From: Candidatus Caldarchaeum sp.
GTDB taxonomy: Archaea > Thermoproteota > Nitrososphaeria_A > Caldarchaeales > Caldarchaeaceae
Assembly: GCA_038885755.1 (NCBI GenBank)
Contig: JAVZZH010000001.1
Coordinates: 352,001 to 416,000 of the forward strand
Reading direction: 5' to 3'
DNA: 64,000 bases
Below the pieces are notes generated by a model. It was not told where the DNA came from and made no database searches. It saw only the letters and a list, made by a program, of their open reading frames with translations. Positions within the stretch are counted from its first letter, which is position 1, and each line of letters starts with the position of its first letter. Positions 1 through 9,373 of the stretch are shown here, piece after piece. Made by a program: the position numbers and the translations under genes.

Positions 1-1
1 G

Positions 2-652
2 GGTTCTTACAGGAGCGCAGCCAGGATGCTCGTGGTGAGCGGCTTCGGCCCGATTCAACGCCTAGTCCAGAACATCGAAACGAGGATGAAGTTGGGAATA
101 AGCAATTCTCATAGCTTGACGCTTTTCGGCAGAGAGATGCTGAGCAACCTAGCCGAGAAGACCCTAGGCCTACTGGCTGAGACACTCGAGGGCGGCGCCC
201 GGCCCACTGAGGCGTGCAGCGTTTTGAGCGAGCATGTTTCAACCACGTTGATGAGGGATAAGAGGAGGGGCCAGATAACCTCGTCGCTGAAATCCCTGTC
301 AATACCTCTGCAGGCTGTGTTGGCGGCTATCTCAGCTTTGATGACGACGCTGTTGAACATCCTCTCAGGCGTCGCCAAGATGATGCAGCCCTACCTCATG
401 CTCCTCAAACCCGTCGATTACTCGGTCGCCGTAAACTACTTCTACACAATAATGGTTGCCGTGGCGGTGATAACCGCCGTAAACATTTACTTGGCTGACG
501 GAGACTCGGTCTTCAGCTTCACACACTACCTAGGAATGCTTCTCTTGGTGAGCGGCCTGAGCTTCTTCAGCATGGCCACGGCCAGCGAGCGGATTCTGTC
601 GTCGTTCGCAGGCTTCGGAAGAAGTATGTCGTCGTTGGTGGTGGAGAGGTGA
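2..652 (+). CDS. Type II/IV secretion system F-domain membrane platform protein (FlaJ/TadC-like), 5'-truncated by the window edge
   Basis: Frame is open from the window start. Helical segment (LAETLEGGARPTE) followed by three hydrophobic helices, typical of the T2SSF C-terminal half. Confidence 0.6.
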   Translation, partial: GSYRSAARMLVVSGFGPIQRLVQNIETRMKLGISNSHSLTLFGREMLSNLAEKTLGLLAETLEGGARPTEACSVLSEHVSTTLMRDKRRGQITSSLKSLSIPLQAVLAAISALMTTLLNILSGVAKMMQPYLMLLKPVDYSVAVNYFYTIMVAVAVITAVNIYLADGDSVFSFTHYLGMLLLVSGLSFFSMATASERILSSFAGFGRSMSSLVVER

Positions 653-656
653 AGCT

Positions 657-1115
657 ATGCTGGCCCTGACGGCAACCTTGCCCCCAAGCATCCAGAACAC
701 GGCGACCATCTTCATAGTCCTTACGATGTGCGTCGCGGCTTTCTACAGCTTGGTGCTGGTTCACGGCGTGAAGAAGCTACGTCCCCCTCCATCACCACGC
801 GTGGTGAATTTTCAGCCCAGGCCCCTGAACACCGCTCCCCCTCACCGTGTACTGGCCAAGCCTTCTGAAGAGGATGCTGTGATGCAGGAGTATAGGAAGA
901 GGCTGGAGAAGCTTGATGAAGCCGTCAAGCTCATAGAGGAGAAGCTTAAAACACCAGCCCGGCGGGATGCAGCCGAGCAGATGGTTGTGGAGAACAACGG
1001 TCTGGAGGAGGGGTTAAAGGATCTGAAAGAGGTCCTCGAGCTTGCTAAGAGCCTGCGGGAAGAGGTTTCCAAGCTTTCGCTAGGCGGGGCTGCCGCCCGA
1101 GAAACCGTCAAATAG
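657..1115 (+). CDS. Hypothetical membrane-anchored coiled-coil protein
   Basis: N-terminal TM helix, Pro-rich linker, E/K-rich coiled coil; 4 nt after the upstream gene. Confidence 0.7.
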   Translation: MLALTATLPPSIQNTATIFIVLTMCVAAFYSLVLVHGVKKLRPPPSPRVVNFQPRPLNTAPPHRVLAKPSEEDAVMQEYRKRLEKLDEAVKLIEEKLKTPARRDAAEQMVVENNGLEEGLKDLKEVLELAKSLREEVSKLSLGGAAARETVK

Positions 1116-1205
1116 ACGGAAAAAACCCTATCATCCGTTGATTTGACCTGCATATTCCATTAAATTCGTATAAACGCTAAATACCGAGGAGAGACCCGTA
1201 AACTC

Positions 1206-2186
1206 ATGCTCAAGCCACCCGTCGAGCAGCTGGAAAAATACTACAAAACCATACGGAGCCGTAGGTCCTACCTCATACTAAACGTCCAAGCCATAGCCAG
1301 CAGAGCCGTCCGGGAATGGCTGGATGGCAGAGGCTTTCTCGAGCTTCTCCCACCCATCATAGGGCCCGTGACCGACCCAGGCATAAGAGGCGCGAAGCAA
1401 GCCACCATCGACTACTATGGCCGAGAGTACAAGGTGATGAGCAGCGCCATACTCTACAAGCAGATGCTTGCAACAGCCTTCAACAAAATCTACTTCTTCT
1501 CACCCAACGTAAGGCTGGAACCCCTCGAGTCGGCTACAACGGGGAGACACCTCGTCGAGTTTGTCCAGATAGACATAGAGGAAGCTGACGTCGACTACAG
1601 AGCAGCCATGACGACTGCGGAGAACCTTCTAACCCACACCGTCAACACTGTTGCCGAGAAGGCGAAGCCTTATCTCGATGAGCTCGGCAGAAAGCTGCCT
1701 AGGTTCAGCCCGCCTTTCAAAAAGATAACACACGCTGAAGCGGTCGAAATACTCAAGTCCCACGGAGAGAAAGTCAACCCGTCAGCCGAGATACCCTGGC
1801 CTCAGGAGGAGAAGCTCTCCCGTATAATCGGCGAGCCCTTCTTCATCATCGACTACCCCAGAGGAGCTAGAGGCTTCTACGACAAGGAGGACCCGAGCAG
1901 GCCGGGCATACTGAAGGACTTCGACCTCATGTATCCGGAGGGGTTCGGCGAAGCTGCTTCCGGGGCGGAGAGAGAGTACGAGTACGGGAAGGTCTTGGCT
2001 AGGCTGAGGGAGAGCGGTGAGAACCCGGCCAAGTACGGATGGTACCTCGACATGCTGAAGGAAGGCATCAAGCCTACTTCGGGTTTCGGTATAGGGCTGG
2101 AGAGGCTCACCCGGTATCTGTGCGGGCTTCAGGCCGTCTGGGAGGCGAGACCTTATCCGAAAGTTGCTGGAGTCTACTCTCCGTGA
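1206..2186 (+). CDS. asnA: Archaeal asparagine synthetase A (AspRS/AsnRS catalytic-core paralog)
   Basis: Class II aaRS motifs (RLE..TGRHLVEFVQID, EAASGAERE, GFGIGLERL) without an N-terminal OB anticodon-binding domain. Confidence 0.85.
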   Translation: MLKPPVEQLEKYYKTIRSRRSYLILNVQAIASRAVREWLDGRGFLELLPPIIGPVTDPGIRGAKQATIDYYGREYKVMSSAILYKQMLATAFNKIYFFSPNVRLEPLESATTGRHLVEFVQIDIEEADVDYRAAMTTAENLLTHTVNTVAEKAKPYLDELGRKLPRFSPPFKKITHAEAVEILKSHGEKVNPSAEIPWPQEEKLSRIIGEPFFIIDYPRGARGFYDKEDPSRPGILKDFDLMYPEGFGEAASGAEREYEYGKVLARLRESGENPAKYGWYLDMLKEGIKPTSGFGIGLERLTRYLCGLQAVWEARPYPKVAGVYSP

Positions 2187-2194
2187 GCTGAGGG

Positions 2195-3559
2195 TTGAAG
2201 CTTCCGCTCATAACCCTTCTCCTCAGACTGCTTAGAAACCCGCAGGCACTGAGGTCGCTAACTAGGTTTACGCAGCAGTATCCTGTCGAGGAAGTGGCTG
2301 AAAGAGCTGAGAAAGGACGACAGTCTGTCTTTCCGCTCGGCGAGCTAGATGAGTTCGGCAAAGCTCTGCTGGGGGCCCCGGTTTACACTCCAGCCCCGAC
2401 ACGCCACGACATGCTCGACAAACTTCTGATAGTGCCTCCGCTCTACACGCCCTTCAGGCTGAAGAAGATGGAGGAGCTGATGAGGGAGCCTCTCTTCACC
2501 GACGTCGACACCACCTGCATCGTAGGAGGCTTCAAGTCAACCCTTCCCGTTGTCGTGGCCTCGATGGGATCAACCCCCATCTACAACAAAGTCAGTCTCG
2601 ACGTCGCCAAGGGGGCCGCAGAGCTCGGAATACCGTTAGGGGTAGGCGAGAACGTTGCCACGGTCTGGGGTTATTCCAAGAGAGTCAAGCCTAGCCAGCC
2701 CTGCTTCAAGGAGAGGGTGATGACCTATCTCGAGAACATTCAGGAGGGGTTTGGAGGGGTTTACATCCAGCAGAGCGTCGAGGATGCTTACGACGAGCTG
2801 TGGAACAGGGTTTACTCAGACCCCGACATAACCCCCTACATAGACGAAGGAAAGGTCGGCTTTGAGATAAAGCTGGGTCAGGGGGCTAAGCCCGGGCTCG
2901 GCGGTGAGACTTTCGTCGACAGAAAGTTGGCGCTAAGGCTTGTTGACAAGTACTCGTTCGACTCTGACCCTCGTAGAGTCGAGAAGCCGTTGTATGAGAG
3001 ACACTCCGCCCCCGGAACTTTCACTCCTGAGATCCTACGCAGCATGATAAGGCTGATGCACAACAACTATCCGCGGGCTAGGGTTTGGCTAAAGTCCGGC
3101 CCGTATAGAGATATCGAGAAAGTTGCGGAGCTTTGCGACGAGGAGAAAGCCGACGTGCTCTGGATAGACGGCAAGGAGGGCGGAACAGGGCTCAGCCCCA
3201 TAGCAGCTCTGAAGGACCTCGGCCTTCCGCTGGTCGCATGCCTCAGGAAGGTTGCTCTCCTCGCGCAGCGACTCACGGTCGACTTCGTCTGCTCTGGGAG
3301 GGTCGTGGACGGAGGCGACGTCGTTAAAGTGCTATGCTTCAGGGCTGCGGCCGCTGGGCTGGGTAGGCCGGTCGTCGTCGCAGCCTATCGGAACGGCGTC
3401 CAAGGAGTCAGGAACTACTTCGAGGCTCTGAGGATGGAGGTGCAGATGCTCACCTCAGCCGTTGGAAAATACCGTGTGTCTGAGCTGGGCTTAGAGGACG
3501 TCTACGCAATCAACACCCAGCTGGCCAGAGACCTAGGTATTGCGAGTATCTATGACTGA
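2195..3559 (+). CDS. FMN-binding glutamate-synthase-family protein (stand-alone FMN domain)
   Basis: EIKLGQGAKPGLGG, IDGKEGGTG and SGRVVDGGDVVK motifs. Confidence 0.8.
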   Translation: MKLPLITLLLRLLRNPQALRSLTRFTQQYPVEEVAERAEKGRQSVFPLGELDEFGKALLGAPVYTPAPTRHDMLDKLLIVPPLYTPFRLKKMEELMREPLFTDVDTTCIVGGFKSTLPVVVASMGSTPIYNKVSLDVAKGAAELGIPLGVGENVATVWGYSKRVKPSQPCFKERVMTYLENIQEGFGGVYIQQSVEDAYDELWNRVYSDPDITPYIDEGKVGFEIKLGQGAKPGLGGETFVDRKLALRLVDKYSFDSDPRRVEKPLYERHSAPGTFTPEILRSMIRLMHNNYPRARVWLKSGPYRDIEKVAELCDEEKADVLWIDGKEGGTGLSPIAALKDLGLPLVACLRKVALLAQRLTVDFVCSGRVVDGGDVVKVLCFRAAAAGLGRPVVVAAYRNGVQGVRNYFEALRMEVQMLTSAVGKYRVSELGLEDVYAINTQLARDLGIASIYD

Positions 3560-4024
3560 GGTTCCGATGGATTTCAAAAACATAAAGTCCTCTTCAGGTA
3601 TCCTCCTAACGCTTCCCCTGAAGTAGTACATCCACTTGTCCTTCCTCCTGATGAATGACAGCCTTTCCACGACTTCCTCAGCCATGACGGGTCTCCGCCA
3701 CAGGCTTGCGTTTTCAAGGGGTATGAAGTGGGTCAGCTTCTCGGAAGGATATCCTACCACGTGGAACCTGATCTCATCGGTTATCGGCTTAGCAGGCTGG
3801 CGGAACTCCCCGTCGCCTATGAACATCCGGCCCTCACGCCCAGTCATGTAGAAAACAGCGTGTCCACCCTCCTGTAGATCCTTCATGGAAGCCACACGAC
3901 GGCTGACAAGCCAAAACCCCTCCCTTATCCTCACCAACGCAACCTCCCTCGCCGGCAGGACTTTACCGCCGACGACATGGTCCTTCACGACGAAAACCCA
4001 GTAAACCACAGATTTTACAACCAC
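3533..4024 (-). CDS. EVE domain protein
   Basis: YWVF N-terminus, GGHAVFY, LSFI..KDKW..YFRGSVRRIPEEDF. Confidence 0.75.
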   Translation of the reverse strand: MVVKSVVYWVFVVKDHVVGGKVLPAREVALVRIREGFWLVSRRVASMKDLQEGGHAVFYMTGREGRMFIGDGEFRQPAKPITDEIRFHVVGYPSEKLTHFIPLENASLWRRPVMAEEVVERLSFIRRKDKWMYYFRGSVRRIPEEDFMFLKSIGTSVIDTRNT

Positions 4025-4040
4025 GAGGTGAATATATCTA

Positions 4041-5858
4041 TTACAGTACCGTGACGGACTTGGCTAAGTTTCGGGGCTTGTCGGGGTCGTAGCCCTTTGC
4101 GACCGCCATGTGGTACGAAAGAAGCTGGAACGGCACGGCGTAGGTTATGGGCGTGAGAAGCGGATGGGTGCGGGGTAGGCCGATGTAAAAGTCGGCCAGC
4201 TCCCTCAGCTCGTTGTCAGCGTCGTCCCCGAAAACAACCACGTAAGCTCCCCTAGCCTTCATCTCCATTATGCTGCCTATGTTAAGCTTCCTGTATTCGT
4301 CGGGTGGAGCGACAAAGATGACTGGAGTAGATTCTTCCACGACGCTGATAGGGCCATGCTTGCTCTCGCCAGCTGGGTAGGCTATGCAGGGGATGTATGA
4401 AAGCTCCATCACCTTCAGCCTCCCCTCGTAGGCTGTCGCCGTCGAGATGCCTCGACCGAGGATGAAGAGGAAGGGCTTTGAAGCCAGAACCTTCGAAAGC
4501 TCGACCGCTTTAGCCGCTGTTTTCAGCAAGACGTTTTCTATAACCCGTGGAGTCTTCAGTATTTCGGCCTTAAACTCGTCCATCTCGTACTGTGCTATCT
4601 TGCCCCGCAGCCTCGCAAGCCTCAGCGCTATCTGAGCGAGAACAAGAACCTGTGAGGTGAAGGTCTTCGTCGCAGCAACACCTATCTCAGGGCCAGAGTT
4701 TTGCAGCACGTAGGCTCTCGATATCCTAGTCAGAGTCGAGCCAACCGTGTTGGTCAGGCCGAGTATTGTGCAGGCCCTAAGCCTTGCAAATTCTAGCGCT
4801 GCGAGCACGTCAGCCGTCTCGCCTGACTGGCTTACCGCCAACACTACGGTCTCAGCTCCCACAGACCCTCCGTAGTTCGGAATGAACTCGGATGCTATCA
4901 CAGGGTAGGTTGCGAGCCGTGCCAGCTGAGACAACTGATAGCTTCCGGCTAGGCATGCGTTGTAAGAAGTGCCGGCGCCCAGCAGAAAGATAGCACGCCC
5001 CTTATCAAGCAGCTCCGCCAACAGGTCAACATACTGCTGCTGAAGCCTCAGCGAATCCATCAGAGTCAGAGGCTGCTCGTAAATCTCCTTGAGCATGAAG
5101 TGAGGATGACCCTGCTTCTCAGCTGTTTCCACCGACATCTCGACTTTTTTGACGGGGCGTTCAACCAACTCTCCAGTGTCGATTCTGTAAATGCTGTATC
5201 TGTCGCTCAGCAAAACAGCCATCTCCCGGTCATGCAGGAAAACCATGTCGTTGGTCATGTCTAGCAGGGCTGTTATGTCGGAAGCCGCCATGTTGAAGCC
5301 TTTTCCGACTCCTATGATTAGAGGAGCCTCCTTCCTCGCCACGAAAAGCCTTGCAGGGTCTTTTGTAGAGATTAGTGCGAGAGCGTAGCTGCCCTCCAGC
5401 TTCCGCAGAGACTTGACGAAAGCCTGCTCTAGGCTGTCCCCCGACCTTAGATACTCCTCAACAAGATGAGGTATGACCTCGGTGTCTGTCTTCGAGGCAA
5501 ACGAGTGGTTGAGGTCTGTCAATTCCTTCTTCAGCTGGAGGAAGTTTTCGATCACTCCGTTGTGCACGACGGCTATTGTTTTACGGCAGTCTGTGTGTGG
5601 GTGAGCGTTGACTTTAGTCGGAGCCCCGTGAGTAGCCCATCTAGTATGGGCCACTCCTATGGTGCCAGGCAACCTGTCAAGACCGAGCCTGTTGTTTATG
5701 TCGTCAATCCTCCCCGCATCCTTCTCAATCAAAAGCGTGTCTGAATGGATTGTGGCCACTCCGGCCGAGTCGTACCCCCTGTACTCAAGCCTCCTAAGAG
5801 CCCTTACCAGTATGGATGAAGCCTGTTCCGAGCCAACGTATCCTACGATGCCGCACAC
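4041..5858 (-). CDS. glmS: Glutamine-fructose-6-phosphate aminotransferase
   Basis: GTG start gives the N-terminal CGIVG; HTRWATHG; C-terminal PRNLAKSVTV. Confidence 0.97.
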   Translation of the reverse strand: MCGIVGYVGSEQASSILVRALRRLEYRGYDSAGVATIHSDTLLIEKDAGRIDDINNRLGLDRLPGTIGVAHTRWATHGAPTKVNAHPHTDCRKTIAVVHNGVIENFLQLKKELTDLNHSFASKTDTEVIPHLVEEYLRSGDSLEQAFVKSLRKLEGSYALALISTKDPARLFVARKEAPLIIGVGKGFNMAASDITALLDMTNDMVFLHDREMAVLLSDRYSIYRIDTGELVERPVKKVEMSVETAEKQGHPHFMLKEIYEQPLTLMDSLRLQQQYVDLLAELLDKGRAIFLLGAGTSYNACLAGSYQLSQLARLATYPVIASEFIPNYGGSVGAETVVLAVSQSGETADVLAALEFARLRACTILGLTNTVGSTLTRISRAYVLQNSGPEIGVAATKTFTSQVLVLAQIALRLARLRGKIAQYEMDEFKAEILKTPRVIENVLLKTAAKAVELSKVLASKPFLFILGRGISTATAYEGRLKVMELSYIPCIAYPAGESKHGPISVVEESTPVIFVAPPDEYRKLNIGSIMEMKARGAYVVVFGDDADNELRELADFYIGLPRTHPLLTPITYAVPFQLLSYHMAVAKGYDPDKPRNLAKSVTVL

Positions 5859-5925
5859 GTCAAAACCGTGTTCCAACCTCCTTATAAGCACGCTTCAAAC
5901 AGTTGATTAACCGGTTAACGCTGAT

Positions 5926-6861
5926 TTGACAGGTATGGGTAGGGCTAGGCTTTTACAGTCCGGGCGGGAGACGGACGTCGCTGTAATCAAGGCATCGGTC
6001 AAGGGTTTAAGGTTCACAGACCTTGTCTTCGAAGTGGCTGGAGCTTTCCAGAAGCCCAACTATCCTGCCAGGGTTGCGGAGAGGCTTGGAGTCAGCAAGC
6101 AAATCGTCGGCCAATACGTCAAGAGGTTGGTTGAGCTTGGTGTTTTGACCGAGGCTGGAGAGACAGATGTTAGGGGAGGAAGGGCGAGGATGTACCAAGC
6201 CACGGTCTCAGGCGTGTCCATGCTTTTTCCAAGACCTCGGTGGCGCAAACAATCCAAAGGCGATGAAATGCCTGAAAAGCTTTCGAGCTTCCTCGAACCC
6301 TTTCTCATCCGCAGAAAACTCAACGGCCTTGTCGTCGTCGGCTCCCCCCATCCACACGGGCCGTTCAGGTCTGTCGCGACGGACGGACACTACGGCTTCC
6401 AGCTAGGGCTGTTCCTCGGACGATACGTGGACAACCTCAGCGGCTTCAAAGTCCGTCTCGACGTCGACGTAAAGTCTGAGAAACTCTACGAGAACAACTT
6501 GCTGTTGCTGGGAGGGCCTGGGACGAACCTGATCACGGCGATGGTGAACTCAAGCCTGCCGGTCGGCTTCATGGAGGGCAACTACTGGTCCGGAATAGTC
6601 TCTCCGAGGCAGACCTACACAAGCGAGTTCGTCGGGCTCGTCGCAAAGTCGCCCAACCCTAACAACCCCCGGAACACAGTGATAGTTTTGGCTGGTTTGA
6701 GGGCTTCGGGAACAAAGTCAGCCGTGCTGGCCTTGACCGAGAACTGGAGCCGGCTGCTGGAAACATACCATGGCGAGCAGAGCTGGGCCGCCGTCGTCGA
6801 GGGTTTTGACGTAGACGGAGACGGGAAAATTGACTCAGTCGAGATACTTGAAACCACCTAG
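5926..6861 (+). CDS. Winged-HTH transcriptional regulator with C-terminal S-layer-like alpha/beta domain
   Basis: N-terminal HTH (YPARVAERLGVSKQIVGQYVKRLVELG); NLLLLGGPGTN; C-terminal DVDGDGKID. Confidence 0.7.
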   Translation: MTGMGRARLLQSGRETDVAVIKASVKGLRFTDLVFEVAGAFQKPNYPARVAERLGVSKQIVGQYVKRLVELGVLTEAGETDVRGGRARMYQATVSGVSMLFPRPRWRKQSKGDEMPEKLSSFLEPFLIRRKLNGLVVVGSPHPHGPFRSVATDGHYGFQLGLFLGRYVDNLSGFKVRLDVDVKSEKLYENNLLLLGGPGTNLITAMVNSSLPVGFMEGNYWSGIVSPRQTYTSEFVGLVAKSPNPNNPRNTVIVLAGLRASGTKSAVLALTENWSRLLETYHGEQSWAAVVEGFDVDGDGKIDSVEILETT

Positions 6862-7452
6862 TTCCTCGAACGTCTTCTCGGCTTTCGCAAGGTCCTCCAC
6901 GGTATCTACATCGGTCAGAAGTCTTTCATCAACCTCCACAACCCTAGCGCCGACGGTTTTGAGTATGCTCTTAGCTCCAACGTCGCCCTCAAGCATCAAC
7001 AGCCTTTGTAGAAGCTTTTTGGAGAAAACCGCCGGAGGCGAGGGCTCACCGGCTAAGCAGGCTGACACGGCTTCACAGCACTCACTCCTGAACACGTCAA
7101 CAAGCCTCTTGACGACGCTCTTCGTGAACGGCATGTCCCCAAGAACTATCACCAATCCCTCGGACTCCGCAGGAGTCCACGAGGCCGCCAGCCTGATGCC
7201 CGCGCTCAGCCCTCTAGAGGCACGGGTGTTGACCAAGACCGTGTAGTCTGGGGGGATTAAAGACTTATTCACGTCGGAGGGCTGCAACACCACCGCCCTG
7301 TGCTTCAGAAAGGATATGGCTTCGACGGCCCACGCAAGCAAAGGCCTCCCAGCCAGAGCGGCGGACAGCTTATCCCGGCCGAACCTCTGTGAAAAACCTG
7401 AAGCAATCACAGCACCGCTTAGCATGGCTGAGGTCAAGCACTCCAGCGGCAC
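6835..7452 (-). CDS. MobA/MocA-like nucleotidyltransferase (molybdenum cofactor cytidylyltransferase-like); true start probably the ATG at 7425
   Basis: IASGFSQRFGRDKL, LGDMPF, GDVGAK, DVDTVED. Confidence 0.8.
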   Translation of the reverse strand: MPLECLTSAMLSGAVIASGFSQRFGRDKLSAALAGRPLLAWAVEAISFLKHRAVVLQPSDVNKSLIPPDYTVLVNTRASRGLSAGIRLAASWTPAESEGLVIVLGDMPFTKSVVKRLVDVFRSECCEAVSACLAGEPSPPAVFSKKLLQRLLMLEGDVGAKSILKTVGARVVEVDERLLTDVDTVEDLAKAEKTFEELGGFKYLD

Positions 7453-7496
7453 GATAAGCTTAAAAGTGTTTTAAGCAACATCTTTAATGGTATCGC

Positions 7497-8162
7497 ATGT
7501 ACTCGGCAAGGGAGCGGATAGAAGATTATAGGTCAAGGCTGATGAACCTTGCTCAGGAGCAGATGAGGAAAGTGCTCGACCTTCTCAGGAATACAGTTTT
7601 GATGCTTGAATACCTGAACAAAGACCTCGACATCAGGAAAATGGATGAGCTCTACTCCTCTGTTTTGAAGGCCGACGAAGCCGCCAAGGAATTCAGGAGG
7701 CTCGTCGAGAAAGAGGTTTCAGATATAGGTGCTATTCTCACTAACAGGGAGGATTTCCTCAGGCTGGTGAACGGCATAGATAAAATAGCTGACACTGCGG
7801 AGGGCGTTGCTTACAGAATACTCGGTCTCACGAAAGCACGTATGAAGATTGATAAAGAAATACACGCTTCGTTAACCAAGCTGGGAGAAGCGGTTCTCCA
7901 GACCGTTGTGAAGCTCAGAGAAGCCATGTTTACCGTCACTCTCAACAGCGATACATTCCTGGAGAAGATAAAGGAGACTGAGCAGGCTGAGAGGAGCGTG
8001 GACGAGATTTACAGGAATCTTGACCTGACTATTCTTCAGCTGGACATGAAGGTTGGCCAGCTTCTTCTCATACGCGAGATCGTGTCTATGCTCGAGGACA
8101 TAGCGGACAGGTCGGAGGAAGCATGCGAAAACCTGCGAGTTCTTTCGTTCGCAATCCTTTGA
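7497..8162 (+). CDS. DUF47 / PhoU-like phosphate transport regulator
   Basis: REDFLRLVNGIDKIAD, ERSVD and LEDIADRSE repeats. Confidence 0.85.
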   Translation: MYSARERIEDYRSRLMNLAQEQMRKVLDLLRNTVLMLEYLNKDLDIRKMDELYSSVLKADEAAKEFRRLVEKEVSDIGAILTNREDFLRLVNGIDKIADTAEGVAYRILGLTKARMKIDKEIHASLTKLGEAVLQTVVKLREAMFTVTLNSDTFLEKIKETEQAERSVDEIYRNLDLTILQLDMKVGQLLLIREIVSMLEDIADRSEEACENLRVLSFAIL

Positions 8163-8169
8163 GGCCAGC

Positions 8170-8709
8170 ATGTTGGCTGAAGGAGAGCTTCTGAGGGACA
8201 GCGTCGTAGTATGGAACATCGAACACGCTAGGAAGCTATTCAAGGACGGGTTTTACGGCAAACCACTGGGAATACCGAAGCCCAGGGACATTAGCTTCGA
8301 AGCTCCTCTGGTCCTAGACCTTGTCGAGGCTCTTTACCTGCAGCAGAAGAACAAGCTGTTAGTGTTTTCTGGAGGAAGAACAATCTCCGCGGAAGAGCTT
8401 GAGAAGCACGCTTCATCGCTGGAGGAGAACTTTCCGATGAAGTACAGGGTTTACAGAGACTTGAGGGATAGGGGGTTCGTAGTCCTTCCGGGAATAAAGT
8501 TCGGCAGCGACTTCGCAGCTTACAGGCACGGACCAGGCATAGACCATGCACCATTCATCATACAGGTCAAGAACAGGACGGGAAGCATCTCAGCATTGGA
8601 GATAGTCAGGTCAGGTAGGCTGGCTACCTCTGTCAAGAAACACTTCACAATCGCGGTTCCGTCGGAAGATAAGGTTGCTTACGTGCTGTTCGAGTGGTGG
8701 AAAGCCTAG
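8170..8709 (+). CDS. endA: tRNA-intron endonuclease, catalytic subunit
   Basis: VYRDLRDRG, GIKFGSDFAAY, DHA and VKK (catalytic Y/H/K); GKPLGIPKP crenarchaeal-type loop. Confidence 0.93.
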   Translation: MLAEGELLRDSVVVWNIEHARKLFKDGFYGKPLGIPKPRDISFEAPLVLDLVEALYLQQKNKLLVFSGGRTISAEELEKHASSLEENFPMKYRVYRDLRDRGFVVLPGIKFGSDFAAYRHGPGIDHAPFIIQVKNRTGSISALEIVRSGRLATSVKKHFTIAVPSEDKVAYVLFEWWKA

Positions 8710-8710
8710 C

Positions 8711-9373
8711 CTACCGCATCCTCCTGTAAAGGGCGTGAAGAGTTTTTCCCGTTCTCCTCAGCCCCAGAAGCTCGTGGCCTGTTTTATCCGCCCAGCCAAT
8801 CAAGTCAACCTCGGTGGCAGGGTCGGATGTTATGACGTGCAGCGTCTCACCGGTCTTGACGTGCTGCTCCATGAAATCCCCTATCTGTGTTAGAATGCCC
8901 TCGCAAGTCTCTCCGAAAACCTTCAACTCCTGATGGGGCAGTACGTCGAAGCAAACAACTCCACGGTCGGCGTTAACCCTCGAATAGTATTCGACGGCTT
9001 CTCGGAGGCCTGACAGGCTGGGCTGCTCGATGCATTCAATCTCGGCCAGCCAGCCTCTTTCGTAGGGGTCTTCAGCCACCACCTCAGGGTTCGACACCTC
9101 ATCGTTAGTCCTCAACACACGGCAGTCAACCGGCGCCGTTAAAGCACCCTCCATCCTCAACGAAATGTAGAGGGCGAGAGAGGTGTTCTTCCTCAACAGG
9201 CTGCCGACCGGCTTAACGCTAATCCTTCTAGGTCTTCCGGCGAAGTGAAGGAATGGAGCGACAACGCCTACCACGTAGGTCGATGGAAGGGTTAGAGGCT
9301 TGAACCATAGATCGTTGGGCAGGCTGTAAAGCCTGTCCTCGGGAAGCGGGCAGCCTTCGAGGCTATTTTTCAA
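8711..9373 (-). CDS. GcvH/LbpA-like domain (no lipoyl Lys) fused to a TusA/SirA domain
   Basis: GCPLPEDRLY..W..GV..APV..N..P..DPYERGW (H-protein fold), then VFGETC..GETLHVITSDPATEVDLIGWADKTGHEL (TusA fold). Confidence 0.8.
   Translation of the reverse strand: MKNSLEGCPLPEDRLYSLPNDLWFKPLTLPSTYVVGVVAPFLHFAGRPRRISVKPVGSLLRKNTSLALYISLRMEGALTAPVDCRVLRTNDEVSNPEVVAEDPYERGWLAEIECIEQPSLSGLREAVEYYSRVNADRGVVCFDVLPHQELKVFGETCEGILTQIGDFMEQHVKTGETLHVITSDPATEVDLIGWADKTGHELLGLRRTGKTLHALYRRMR

Noticed and set aside
1206-2186. Aspartyl- or asparaginyl-tRNA synthetase
   Set aside because: No anticodon-binding domain; the size fits archaeal AsnA.
8711-9373. Canonical gcvH for the nearby gcv operon
   Set aside because: The lipoyl Lys is replaced by Arg and the protein is fused to TusA.
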